DNA of 64,000 nucleotides. It comes from Octopus sinensis. Lineage: Eukaryota. Every line of letters begins with the position of its first letter. Position 1 is the stretch's first letter. The notes beneath the pieces were generated by a model. That model searched no databases and was not told the DNA's origin. It worked only from the letters and a program-made list of their open reading frames with translations. Position numbers and translations under genes: made by a program. The DNA is taken from positions 15,996,001-16,060,000 of the forward strand of contig NC_043018.1 of assembly GCF_006345805.1 (NCBI RefSeq), given 5' to 3'. Below are positions 23,608-35,694 of this stretch, in pieces.

Positions 23608-23990
23608 GGAGTGGCTGTGTGGTAAGTAGCTTGCATACCAACCACATGGTTCTGGGTTCAGTCCCTCTGCGTGGCACCTTGGGCAAGTGTCTTCTACTAT
23701 AGCCTCGGGCCGACCAAAGCCTTGTGAGTAGATTTAGTAGACGGAAACCGAAAGAAGCTCATCGTATATATGTATATATATATGTGTGTGTGTCTCTGTG
23801 TTTGTCCCCCCAACATCGCTTGACAACCGATGCTGGTGTGTTTACATTCCTGCAACCTAGCAGTTTGGCAAAAGAAACCAATAGAATAAGTACTAGGCTT
23901 ACAAAGAATAAGTCCTGGGGTTGATTTGCTCGACTAAAGGCAGTGCTCCAGCATGGCTGCAGTCAAATGACTGAAACAAGTAAAAGGGTA
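23608..23990 (+). mobile_element. SINE family A copy
   Basis: Near full-length match to family A. Confidence 0.8.
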
Positions 23991-24159
23991 AAGCCAAAAA
24001 AAAGAAGAGTTTGTTACACAGTTTAATCGGATAAGATATGCCTTCAGTTTATATTTCAACAAAATCATTTTTTATTTTATCAATTCATATTTTAATTATA
24101 AATTTTGATTTGCTAATTATTCCTAAAATCAATTTATATTTTGTTTCGTTTTCTTTTAG

Positions 24160-24225
24160 ATTCGTTTGCTGACTCTGCAGATTCTGTCACAGTTCCACTT
24201 GAAACTTCCTTTCCTTGAAGATCCT
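24160..24225 (+). CDS. UTP20: UTP20 exon 18
   Basis: tttag|ATT...CCT|gtaag; IRLLTLQILSQFHLKLPFLEDP; phase 0/0. Confidence 0.92.
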
Positions 24226-24351
24226 GTAAGTCAAAATAGATTTAGTCACCTGTATTGAGTTCTACAGTTCTTTGTTGCTGTTTGGTTAAGCTACTTTTAC
24301 CATCTTACTAGTGCATGCAATCACACACACACACACTAACACATACATGAA

Positions 24352-24738
24352 GGAAGCACTCTGTCAGTTACGACGATGAGGGTTCCGGTTGATCCGAATC
24401 ATTGGAACAGCCTGCTCGTGAAATTAACGTGTAAGTGGCTGAGCACTCCACAGACACATGCACCCTTACTGTAGTTCTCAGGGATATTCAGCGTGACACA
24501 GAGAGTGACAAGGCCGGCCCCTTCAAATACAGGTACAACAGAAACAGGAAGTAAGAGTGGAGTGAGAGAAAGTTGAGGCGAAAGAGTACAACAGGGGTCG
24601 CCACCACCCCCTGCCGGAGCTTTGTGGAGCTTTAGGTGTTTTCGCTCAATAAACACTCACAATGCCCGGTCTGGGAATCGAAACCGCGATCCTCCGACCG
24701 CGAGTCCGCTGCCCTAACCACTGGGCCATTGCGCCTCC
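24352..24738 (-). mobile_element. SINE family D copy, tail type 1
   Basis: Reverse complement of 50940-51308. Confidence 0.8.
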
Positions 24739-25698
24739 ATGACACATACATACACTCACATGCACACACACACATACACACACATTCTGTCTTATCTCTG
24801 TTCCTTGGAAATGGATTCTCTTCTATCTCCACCACTCAGGCATTCTTAATCCAAGTTCCTTTGACAGCTCACCATGATTTTAGGTCGTCCAACATTGGTG
24901 CTTACCTGGCCTTTTGGTCTTCTATAAGTCCTTCTACATCAGGGGTTTTCAATCATTTCTTATCTCTGGACCCCTTTCATTACTATTTCATTCTGGTGGA
25001 CCCCCATAGCCTTCACTGTTTAACCCTTTAGTGTTCAGATTACTCTGTTAAATATAATACTTTTTCACTCAAATTGTTTTGAATTAATCATGCATTATCT
25101 TATAGCCTTGAGGTTTCAGTGATGTGATTGTTTATTTTTAGCATGACATTGTAGGTTAGGTGTGAGAGGTTAGATATCGCCAGTTTGAATATAAAACATT
25201 TAGAATATTTGGGCCAGATATGGCCGGTTTAAACACTAGAGAGTTAAAAGCTAATTTTATAGAAACTTCCTCCAAAATTCCTCTTTTGTTTTTCACACAT
25301 TAACTCATGTAGGTTGAATTATGTAAAATGGTAGAGAAAGAAACCCAGCTGTTTCTTGCAATACATACCCATGCATACATCTAAAGCGAAATTTTTTTCA
25401 GGGGCCCTTAGAATATTGTTGTGGATCCTTAGTTTACTATTTTGTCGCATGGACACCCAAAAGTCTTATATGAACCCTCAGGGGCCATATGGACTCCAAC
25501 TGAGAACCAGAAACCACTGTCCTACATGGTACTCTATGTGGTACTCACCTGACCTTTAAGGCCTCCTACATGGCATTTAAGTCCTCTTACATAGACCACA
25601 AGGCCTTGAAGTCCCATATGGTACTCACTGCAACTTCCCCTTTTCCTTCAAGATACTCACCAAAACTTTCTCTTCTTCTACATGATACCCCTTATGAT

Positions 25699-25928
25699 CA
25701 GGGCTGTGGAGTCAGAGTCAAAGACAATTAAGGGGTAGCTGGAGTCGGAGTCGGTAAAACCATATTGACTCCAACTCACAATATCTTTATTCTTAATATA
25801 AACCAGTTACAAGATATAGGCCTACTCGGAGTACAAGTGTATGCATATGCTTTGAGATATGTAGGCTACAATCACTTAATTACAGAGGAGTCGGAGTCAA
25901 AGTTTTTTGTTTTGACTCCACAGCCCTG
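25699..25928. mobile_element. hAT-type MITE with GGAGTC subterminal repeats
   Basis: 15-bp perfect TIR CAGGGCTGTGGAGTC; 8-bp TSD cttatgat at 25691-25698 and 25929-25936. Confidence 0.88.
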
Positions 25929-26106
25929 CTTATGATACTCTTTCTTTGTAGTACTCACTAAAAGCATGGTGAAGGAGACGTTACTTTTGGCTTGGTACAA
26001 CACCAGGTTTCTTGAAAGAACACAAAACCCTCAATCCCTGACCATCGCTGTCTCCTTAAGGATCTCCTGGTTTTCTCTTCTCATCTTTCTGTTAATTTTT
26101 TTTCAG

Positions 26107-26262
26107 AGTCTGAGCCAACCAGGAGTTTTCAGAATTTGTTTGGATGCTGAGAAAATTCCTCCAACAGTTCATGACTTCAGGGAAACTTTGAGACATCTGC
26201 AGTACCTTGATGCCAAACTTGTCGACCGTAATATTCCTGTAGTGAACCCTCGTTTTGAACAG
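26107..26262 (+). CDS. UTP20: UTP20 exon 19
   Basis: ttcag|AGT...CAG|gttag; SLSQPGVFRICLDAEKIPPTVHDFRETLRHL...RFEQ; phase 0/0. Confidence 0.93.
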
Positions 26263-26625
26263 GTTAGTTGCAACATTCTTCATTTCTTTTTTGTTTCTTT
26301 TTTTTTTTTGTCATTTTTAAATTCAGAGAGAGAGAGAGAGAGAGAGAGCATTGTTCTGGGAGAACTTTTAGAGCATCAGACAAAATGCCTTGCAATATTT
26401 GTCCTGGCATCACAATATGTTCTGAGTTCAAACCCTGGCAAGGTCAACTTTGCTATTTATCTTTCGGAATTGATAAAATAAAAGTACCAGTGAACTATTG
26501 GGGTCAGTGGTATCAATGGTTGCCCACCACCGCTGCTTAACAACCAGTGTTGGTTTGTTTACGTCCCAGCATAGTAGACTGGCAAATAAGTACCAGGCTT
26601 AAAAGATAGAAAAGTACTGTGGTCT

Positions 26626-27020
26626 CTCTTTACTCTTTTACTTGATTCAGTCATTTGACTGCGGCCATGCTGGAGCATCGCCTTTAGTCGAGCAAATCGA
26701 CCTCGGGACTTATTCTTTGTAAGCCCAGTACTTATTCTATCGGTCTCTTTTGCCGAACCGCTAAGTGACGGGGACATAAACACACCAGCATCGGTTGTCA
26801 AGCAATGCTAGGGGGACAAACACAGACACACATACATATATATATACATATATACGACGGGCTTCTTTCAGTTTCCGTCTACCAAATCCACTCACAAGGC
26901 ATTGGTCGGCCCGGGGCCATAGCAGAAGACACTTGCCCAAGGTGCCACGCAGTGGGACTGAACCCGGAACCATGTGGTTGGTTAGCAAGCTATTTACCAC
27001 ACAGCCACTCCTGCGCCTAT
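26626..27020 (-). mobile_element. SINE family A copy (young)
   Basis: Full-length, CpGs retained; nearly the inverse of 28977-29362. Confidence 0.85.
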
Positions 27021-27782
27021 TTGTTTGGTTTGAACCTTTCAAAGCGATGCCCCAGCCTGGCCGCAGTCTAATGACTAAGACAAGTAGAAGAATAAAAGAA
27101 AAAAATAATTGTGTGAAGCTGGCTGAAGTGTTAGCACACTGGCCAAAATGGTCAGTGGCATTTTCTCTGGCTCTTTACACTCTGAGTTCAAATCCCATCA
27201 AGGTTGGCTTTGGCTTTCACCCTTTCGGGATCAATAAAACAAAGTACTGATCAAGTACTGGGGTAGGTTTAACAACTGCCCACCTACCACTAACATTTCA
27301 GACCTTGTACCGATAGCCACAAGAATTATTATTATTATTATTATTATTATTAAAGTGGCATCCTGGAGAAAATGCTTACAAGCATTTTGTCTGTCTTTAG
27401 GTTCTGAGTTTAAATTCTGTCGGGACCAACTTTACCTCTCATCCTTTTGGGGTCAATAAAACAAGTACCAGTTGAGCGCTGGGGATTGGTGTAATCAACT
27501 TAGCCCCTCTCCCGAAATTGCTGGCCTTGTGTCAAAATTTGAAACCATTATTATTATTATCATTATTATTATTCCTCCGAGGTCGACTTTGCCTTTCATC
27601 CTTTCGGGGTCGATAAATTAAGTACCAGTAACGCACTGGGGTCGATGTAATCGATTTAATCCCTTTGTCTGTCCTTGTTTGTCCCCTCTATGTTTAGCCC
27701 CTTGTGGGTAATAAAGAAATATTTTATTATTATTATTAGTCCATCTGTTTCTCTCTATTTTAATGATCTTTTCTAATTTCAG

Positions 27783-27939
27783 GTTCCTCTTCGTTATCTC
27801 ATTGGTAATTTATTTATTAATTTCAAACCAATTTGGGAACCAGTTCACAGATTGATTGCTTCCCATGCTCTCTCGATGGCGAAAGATTCTTTCTGGGAAG
27901 TCTATGGAAGCCATTTGGACAAATGTGCTTCAGTTTGTG
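27783..27939 (+). CDS. UTP20: UTP20 exon 20
   Basis: ttcag|GTT...G|gtaat; VPLRYLIGNLFINFKPIWEPVHRLIASHA...FWEVYGSHLDKCASVC; phase 0/1. Confidence 0.95.
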
Positions 27940-28059
27940 GTAATTTTTTAATTTTTTTTTTCCACTTTGTTAACCGTTTCTGAAGTCAGCCACTTTTTTT
28001 GTAGACTTTTCCTCTCTTTTGCCTAAACAGTCCACCAGTCACCTTCACGACCGCTGCCA

Positions 28060-28300
28060 CCCTCACCACCACCACCATCACTTCCACTACCATCTCCACT
28101 ACCACCACCACCATCACTTCCACTACCATCTCCACTACCACCACCACCATCTCCACCTCCACCACTACCACCACCTCAACTATCACTATCACCATCTCCA
28201 CTATCATCACTACCATCACCATCACTACTATCACCATCTCCACTATCATCACTACCATCACCATCACTATTATCACCATCACCACTACACCATTATTACC
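28060..28300. repeat. (CAC/CAT/TAC) trinucleotide low-complexity tract
   Basis: Direct reading. Confidence 0.9.
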
Positions 28301-28976
28301 ATACCCACTTCTCTTCCCTTTGGAAAGGAATGAATGTCACAGATTCTTATTGCTGTTCCCTATAAGTTTTTATCCTTAATTTTAAGTACGGAAAGTGGAA
28401 GATATTCCTGGAATCCAGATTCAAGCCTGGACTGAGTTTGCTTCATATAATGTCTAAGGAGGAATCGGAGAAGCAATACAGTAAAAACTAGCTTTGAATA
28501 AATGAAATTCTCTGTTTTGGTGCAGTTTTTTTACACCTGTATACACCTGCCTTGCACACACACACACACATATATAATATGGCAAACCTCAAAGCCATGA
28601 GATAATGCATGATTAATTCAAAACAATGTTGAGTAAATAAGGATTACATTTGACAGAGTAATCTCAATGCTAAATGGTCAAACCAGCCAGATCCAGACCA
28701 GATATTCAAGCTGACTAGATCTGATCTTTCACACCTACCCAACATTGTCATTCTAAACAGAAACAGTCACATCATTGAGATTTGAAAGCTATGAGATAAT
28801 ACGTGATTAAATTGCAATGATGTGAATAATCAAACTTTACATTTGACAGAGTAATCTGAATGCTAAAGGCTTAAACTAGCCATACCTGGCCCAGATATTC
28901 TACCTGTTTTATATGCAAACCAACCAGATCCAGCCTCTCACACCCACCCTACAATGTCATTCTAAAAATAGACAGT

Positions 28977-29362
28977 AGGCGCATGAGTGGCTGTGTGGTA
29001 AGTAGCTAGCTAACCAACCACATGGTTCCGGGTTCAGTCCCACTGCGTGGAACCTCGGGCAAGTGTCTTCTGCTATAGCCCCGGGCCGACCAATGCCTTG
29101 TGAGTGGATTTGGTAGACGGAAACTGAAAGAAGCCTGCCGTATATATGTATATATATGTATATCCGTGTGTGTGTTTGTCCCCCTAGCATTGCTTGACAA
29201 CCGATGCTGGTGTGTTTACGTCCCCGTCACTTAGCGGTTCGGCAAAAGAGACCGATAGAATAAGTACTGGGCTTACAAAGAATAAGTCCCGGGGTCAAGT
29301 TGCTCGACTAAAGGCGGTGATCCAGCATGGCCGCAGTCAAATGACTGAAACAAGTAAAAGAG
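28977..29362 (+). mobile_element. SINE family A copy (young)
   Basis: Full-length; shares diagnostic bases with 26626-27020. Confidence 0.85.
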
Positions 29363-29512
29363 TAGCGTCATCAAAATCTCAAAGCTATGAAATAATGCAT
29401 GATTAATTCAAGGTTTAATATTCTCATTAAAATATATCTTAAGATTGTCTTGTTTTTCACTTTTGAAGCAGCAGGCATTAAATTTTTTTTTTTTTTTTCC
29501 TACCGTTTCTAG

Positions 29513-29756
29513 AGGGAAGTGTTCCGGCTCCGAGCGTTATGACAACTTTTGAGATTGAAGAGAACGAGGAGGAATCTTCCATCCATTCGGATTTACTTCA
29601 ACTTTTAATGGAGCAAGATTCCAGACCGAAATCGGACTTACTTAAACCGGACATGGAATTTTTCCGTGAACATTTGTGGAAAAACATGTTGCTTTTTCCG
29701 CAAGTTTGTGAAGGAAACTCAAAACTACTGTCCTCCGTCTTGTTTAGATTTGTCAG
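29513..29756 (+). CDS. UTP20: UTP20 exon 21
   Basis: tctag|AG...AG|gtatg; (E)GSVPAPSVMTT...KPDMEFFREHLW...SSVLFRFV(R); phase 1/2. Confidence 0.92.
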
Positions 29757-29899
29757 GTATGTCCAAAATCTGTCTCTCATCAGTTCCATGGCAATGGCAC
29801 TGAAATATTGGTCTTGAATTTTGACACGAGGCCAGCAATAGTGGGGTAGAGGATAAGTTGATTACATCACCCCAGTGTACAACTGGTACTTAATGACCA

Positions 29900-30300
29900 G
29901 GGCGGCGAGCTGGCAGAAACGTTAGCACGCCAGGTGAAATGCGTAGCCATATTTCGTCCGCCGTTACGTTCTGAGTTAAAATTCCGCCGAGGTCGGCTTT
30001 GCCTTTCATCCTTTCGGGGTCGATAAATTAAGCACCAGTTACGCACTGGGATCGATGTAATCGACTTAATACCTATGTCTGTCCTTGTTTAGCCCCTTGT
30101 GGGTAATAAAGAAATAGGTATTTCGTCTGCCGTTACGTTCTGAGTTCAAATTCCACCGAGGTCGACTTTGCCTTTCATCCTTTCGGGGTCGATAAATTAA
30201 GTACCAGTTACGCACTGGGATCGATGTTATCGACTTAATACCTATGTCTGTCCTTGTTTGTCCCCTCTGTGTTTAGCCCCTTGTGGGTAGTAAAGAAATA
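29900..30300 (+). mobile_element. SINE family B dimer nested in an antiparallel older B copy
   Basis: TSD ggtacttaatga(c/t)c at 29885-29898 and 30301-30314. Confidence 0.82.
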
Positions 30301-31284
30301 GGTACTTAATGATCCTGAAAGGATAAAAGGCTAAGTCAACCTTGGTGGAATTTGAACTCGGAATGTAAAGATGGGGAATTAGCCTCTAAGCATTTTACTC
30401 AGCATCCCTTAAACCATCAAAATATTTTGTTACAGTTAGCTTCATATTTCAGTATTTCATCATCCTCATCATTTAACATCCGTTTTCCATGCTGGCATGG
30501 GTTGAACAGTTAGGAGTTGGTAAGGCCGAGAGCTGCAGCTAGTTCTGTTGTTTGTTCTGATATGGTTTCTATGGTTGGATGCCTTTCCTAATGCCAACCA
30601 CTTTACAAAGTGTACTGTGTGCTTTTTATGTGGCACCAGCACTGACAGGGTGACCAAGTATCTGCAAGATAAGCAATACATAGGCAGAAAAAAAAAAGCC
30701 CCCCCCCCCCTGGCCTCAACTGGGAGTCGAGGGAGTAATATTGGGGTGGTGGTGGCTTTGTGCCAGTTGAGAGATTAAAGGTATAGAGGGTACAGAGATT
30801 AGTGTCTTGCTGGATTATCCAGCCGGAAAAGGAAAGACAATGAGTTTGAGAGTAAGATAAGAAGAGCGATAATGAGAGAGATGATGGTGAAGATTTGTTG
30901 AGACATACCCTTGAGGGATTTTGGGGATGGTGAGAATAGGTCATATCATCATCATCATCATTTAGCGTCCGCTTTCCACGCTAGCATGGGTTGGACGGTT
31001 CAACTGGGGTCTGGGAAGCCAGAAGTCTGCACCAGGCCCAGTCTGATCTGGCAATGTTTCTACGGCTGGATGGCCTTCCTAACGCCAACCACTCTATGAG
31101 TGTAGTGGTTGCTTTTTACGTGCCACCGGCACAGGTGCCAGATGGGGCTGGCAAACGACCACGGTCGGATAATAATAATAGTCCTTTCTACTGTAGGTAC
31201 AAGGCCTGAAATTTTGGGGCAATGGATGGGGGACTGGTCGATCATATTGATCTCAGTGGTTCACCGGTACTTAATTTATCATAA

Positions 31285-31514
31285 GGCGGCGAGCTGGCAG
31301 AAACGTTAGCACGCCGGGCGAAATGCTTAGCGGTATTTCGTCTGCGTTACGTTGTGAGTTCAAATTCCGCCGAGGTCGACTTTGCCTTTCATCCTTTCGG
31401 GGTCGATAAATCAAGTACCAGTTACGCACTGGGGTCGATGTAATCGACTTAATACCTATGTCTGTCCTTGTTTGTCCCCTCTGTGTTTAGCCCCTTGTGG
31501 GTAATAAAGAAATA
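31285..31514 (+). mobile_element. SINE family B monomer nested in an antiparallel older B copy
   Basis: 15-nt TSD ggtacttaatttatc at 31266-31280 and 31515-31529. Confidence 0.85.
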
Positions 31515-32466
31515 GGTACTTAATTTATCGATGCTGAAAGGATGAAAGGCAAAGTTGAACTCAGAACGTTAAGATGAATGAAATAATAATAATAATAATA
31601 ATGTTTGTCTGTCAACAATAACCAGGACATCACACGGGAGATGAAGATGGGTCGCAGTGCATCCGATTGTGCCTGCTCGGAAGTTTCTGCTGCTGGTCAC
31701 GCACTGGTGGTCTGTTTTGCTAAGAATGAAGACAAGGAATTGACTCTGGACTTGCGCAGCGATTGTTTTCTTTGTGTTCCTGCATCATCATCATCATCAT
31801 CATCATCGTTTAACGTCCGTTTTCCGTGCTAGCACGGGTTGGATGGTTCGACCGGGGTCTGGGAAGCCAGTAGCTGCACCAGGCTCCAGTCTGATCTGGC
31901 AGAGTTTCTACAGCTGGAGGCCCTTCCTAACGCCAACCACTCCGGTTTGTCTTTTTTTTGTTAGGTATTGTTTCATGTTTTATTTTCCTTCTCAACCCCC
32001 CCCCCCATCCTGAGTCCAGTTCTTCTGTAACACATCAGTTGGTCTTCTTGCCAATCTCAGAGTAAGGTGGTGGTGGTGGTGGTTCACTAGGACTTGGCAT
32101 GTACACATTGTGAGGGTTAGCAGGGTTGTAGTAGGCACTTGACGCTGCTGCTTCTTGCATACATATGTAAAAGCTCTGAGTCTACTCTCTGTGGCATGGT
32201 TGGTGTTAGGAAGAGCGTCCAGCTGTAAAATCTCTGCCAAAACAAACACTGTAGCCTGGGGTAGTTTTTCTACCTGGCCAGCTCCTGTCAACTATTCTAC
32301 CCATGCATGGAAGATGGGATGTTAAACGATGATGATGATGATGATGATAATGTATATAAACACACACATGCACACATATCTGTGTGTACATATACACATA
32401 CGTGTATAAAGACACGCATGCAATCACACATCTGTAGTTTTTTTTTTTTCTTGTTGTGTTTTACAG

Positions 32467-33072
32467 AAATGAATATTACCAAGTGGATACGGAAAGTGCA
32501 GCATTGCAGAATATCATGTGCAAGGAATGGCGCCAGCGTAAAGAGAGGAGCTGGGATAAGGGTGAAAGTGATGAAGAGGAAGAGGCGGTGGAGGAGGAAG
32601 CGGAAGATGAGGAGGTGGAAGAAGAAGAAGTGATGGCAAGTGAAGATGTTGAAGATGATGATGTTGATGATGATGATGAAGAGAGTGGTTATGAGGAGGA
32701 GGATGGTGGTGGTGGTGGTGGCAGTGATGTTGAAGAAGAAGAGGAGGAGGAGGAGAACAGTGGTGATGATGATGAGGTGAAGGTGGAGGATATGAATACT
32801 GAAGAGGAGCCAAGGGAGACAAATGAGGATGGAGAAGTAAAGGAAGAGGAGGAAGAAGGGAAAATGGATGGTGAGGAGGAGGAAGAAGGGAAAATGGATG
32901 TTGAGGAGAAGGAAGAGGAGGAAAAAGAAATGGAAACACCAAAGAAGAAGAAGAAGAAAAGGAATAGGAAGAAGAAAGCAAAGCAGGAACAAGATGAAGG
33001 CCACAACGAAACTGCTGCTCCTGCTCTTGTTGCTACTACAAAAGTACGTAAGCAGGAACCAGCAATCCTCAA
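32467..33072 (+). CDS. UTP20: UTP20 exon 22, 606 nt, long acidic/basic low-complexity insert
   Basis: tacag|A AAT GAA TAT TAC...CTC AA|gtaag; NEYYQVD...E/D-rich...PKKKKKKRNRKKKAK...PAIL(K); phase 2/2, joining in frame to QLLNHF. Confidence 0.9.
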
Positions 33073-33097
33073 GTAAGTTCTATGTCCAATTATACGC

Positions 33098-33132
<35 letters not shown>

Positions 33133-34163
33133 TGTGTGTATATGTGTGTGAGTGCAGTGTGTATATATTTGATTAATGAGAAAGATGGAAGACATGAGAA
33201 TGTTTATTGATTGCTACGATTGTCTTGACCCAACTGGTATTGATCCCCCATGGGTGGGGTTATGAACATTCTTGTATCTTCCATACCAGGTGTATACCAT
33301 ATGATTTATTGTCTTATATATCTAATCAAGCAAAGTAAAATCGCAGGTGGCATCAGATACGGACATGTCCCCTGCATCCCTCTTTGGCTGAGTGATCCTT
33401 GTCATGCAGGATTTTGGGTGCTGGCGCCAAGTAAATGCACTCCTGTCGTGCTGGAATATTACATCATCAGAGACTGATGCTAGTGTGAGTTGGGTGGATT
33501 GGCAGGTTCCACTGAGGACTGCATTGAGGTCCACTGTCCATTTTGACATAGTTTCTACAGCTTGATGCCCTTCATAATGCCAACCAGTTTACAATGTGTA
33601 CTGGGTGCTTTTACATTGCACCTGCACAGGTACTTTTGTATGTGGCACCATCACTCCTCTTATGTGGAATCTGCATATGTGCCTTTTATATAGTGCCAGC
33701 ACGGATGCCTCTAACATGGCACCAGTACGGGTACCATGTTATGTGGCATAAGCGTGGGTACCTTTTACTACGATTTTGTTAATTGTCTTTGGGGTGCCTG
33801 GGTAGTCGCGAACAGACATAGACAAACCTTCTCAGTCCTTCCATCTCAGCCATAAGGTGACAGCTGGAAGGGGAAGAGAGAGAAAGAGAAATGGGGGTTG
33901 CACCAACATTCAGGTAGGACTCATTTATGGCTAAGTAGGAGATAAAGAGTGCTGCTCAAAAGACAACACAGCACCCTGTCCAGGAATTGAACCCATTGTC
34001 GTTATGATTGTATGGTCAGTCCCCTAACCCCTAGGCCATATACATTTATAGAAACTGGAGAAACAGTGTTGGCTATTTTCCCCCCTTTAATGTCTAAATG
34101 TGATCTCACCTGTTCTAGTATATTTTCTTCTTCATTTCCTTCTCGTTTCTCTTTCAATTCCAG

Positions 34164-34254
34164 GCAACTGTTGAACCATTTCGTCTTGTTCTCCAAATTC
34201 AAACATGGTGGTTCCTTGCATCAATCTCATCAGTTGAAGGAACTCTACAATAAG
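34164..34254 (+). CDS. UTP20: UTP20 exon 23
   Basis: tccag|G...AAG|gtaac; QLLNHFVLFSKFKHGGSLHQSHQLKELYNK; phase 2/0. Confidence 0.93.
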
Positions 34255-34832
34255 GTAACTGTCCCAAACATAAGTTAATATAACTCTACAGTAAGGTAAC
34301 CTGTCCTTAACCCTTTCGTTACCGTATTTATTTTGAGATGCTCTGTGTTTCTTTCAATTATTTTAAGTATAGCAAAGAATTTAGTAAAATGACTTAGTTA
34401 TCATTAAGCTAGTGTTAAGAACATAAATTGTGACTGAGGTTTGGCAGAAGATTTTAATTCAGAATGCTTGAAAACAAAACATTTGTATTACAGAGCCAGA
34501 GCCGGTTTCAGCCAGGTTGGTAACGAAAGGTTTAACATAGTTAATATAATGTATTTGATGGCATACAAGATGCACCATTCTAAAATAAAAAAAATGCCTC
34601 AACTCACCCTGGGGCCTATATGTAAAGATGGGCCTTCATTTCATGCTTTAATGATGTAAAAACTTCTCTGTTTCTAGAATATGCTCTGCTGAGCTTGCTT
34701 TGTATCTAATATGCCAGGACATCTTTTATGCCATCAAATATGGTCGGTAACTCCTACAAACTAACTTTGCAATAAAACAACATATCCAAAACAACTTTAC
34801 ATATTTAGCAATTTAGTATTTAAACCAGATAC

Positions 34833-35243
34833 TTACTCTTTTACCTGTTTCAGTCATTTGACTGTGGCCATGCTGGAGCACCGCGTTAGTCGAGCAAATT
34901 GACCCCAGGACTTATTCTTTGTAAGCCTAGTGCTTATTCTACCGGTCTCTTTTGCTGAACCGCTAAATTATGGGAATGTTGAACACACCAGCATCGGTTG
35001 TCAAGTGATGTTGGGGGACAAATACAGACACAGAAACACACACACACACACACATACATATACATATATGCATATATACGACGGGCTTCTTTCAGTTTCC
35101 GTCTACCGAATCCACTCGCAAGGCTTTGGTCGGCCCGTGGCTATAGTAGAAGACACTAGCCCAAGGTACCACGCAGTGGGACTGAACCCGGAACCATGTA
35201 GTTTATAAGCAAGCTACTTAGCACACAGACACTCCCACGCCTA
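34833..35243 (-). mobile_element. SINE family A copy
   Basis: Reverse complement of family A. Confidence 0.8.
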
Positions 35244-35599
35244 TGGATAGAATTTACTGAGGCAGATTTTCTACAACTGGTTTGTAACTTAGCGGTTCGG
35301 CAAAAGAGACCGATAGAATAAGTACTAGGCTTACAAAGTATATAAGTCCTGGGGTCGATTTACACACCTAACGGTGCTGCTCCAGCATGGCCACAGCCAC
35401 ATGAATGAAATAAGTAAAAGTGGACATAATGATGATGATGTCTTACTTCTGCTCTGTCTTCCATTCCCTCCGTCCTCTCCACTTCCACCCTGTCCTGCCC
35501 TACATCATCTCATTTGTCTCCCAATTCCCCCTCCTTCCTCTCCCGTCTTGTCCTCTCTCCCAACTTGCATTGACTCCGTTTTCTCTCTCATCTCTTCAG

Positions 35600-35685
35600 T
35601 TTCTTCAACATCGAGATCTGAAAGTTCAGAAGATGGCGTTCGAGTGTCTCATGACTTTCCCAAACAAAGACGTCAACCCTTACAG
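35600..35685 (+). CDS. UTP20: UTP20 exon 24
   Basis: ttcag|TTT...AG|gtgag; FLQHRDLKVQKMAFECLMTFPNKDVNPY(R); phase 0/2. Confidence 0.95.
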
Positions 35686-35694
35686 GTGAGTTCC

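Noticed and set aside
27986-28333. His-rich and Val-rich ORFs
   Set aside because: They are translations of a CAC/CAT microsatellite.
32297-33195. Overlapping minus-strand ORFs (155-235 aa)
   Set aside because: These are antisense shadows of the low-complexity UTP20 exon 22.
34678-34750. Candidate exon after ttctag ending at gtaac
   Set aside because: The required phase-0 frame hits TGA after four codons, and exon 23 already joins exon 24 (35600) with continuous UTP20 similarity.
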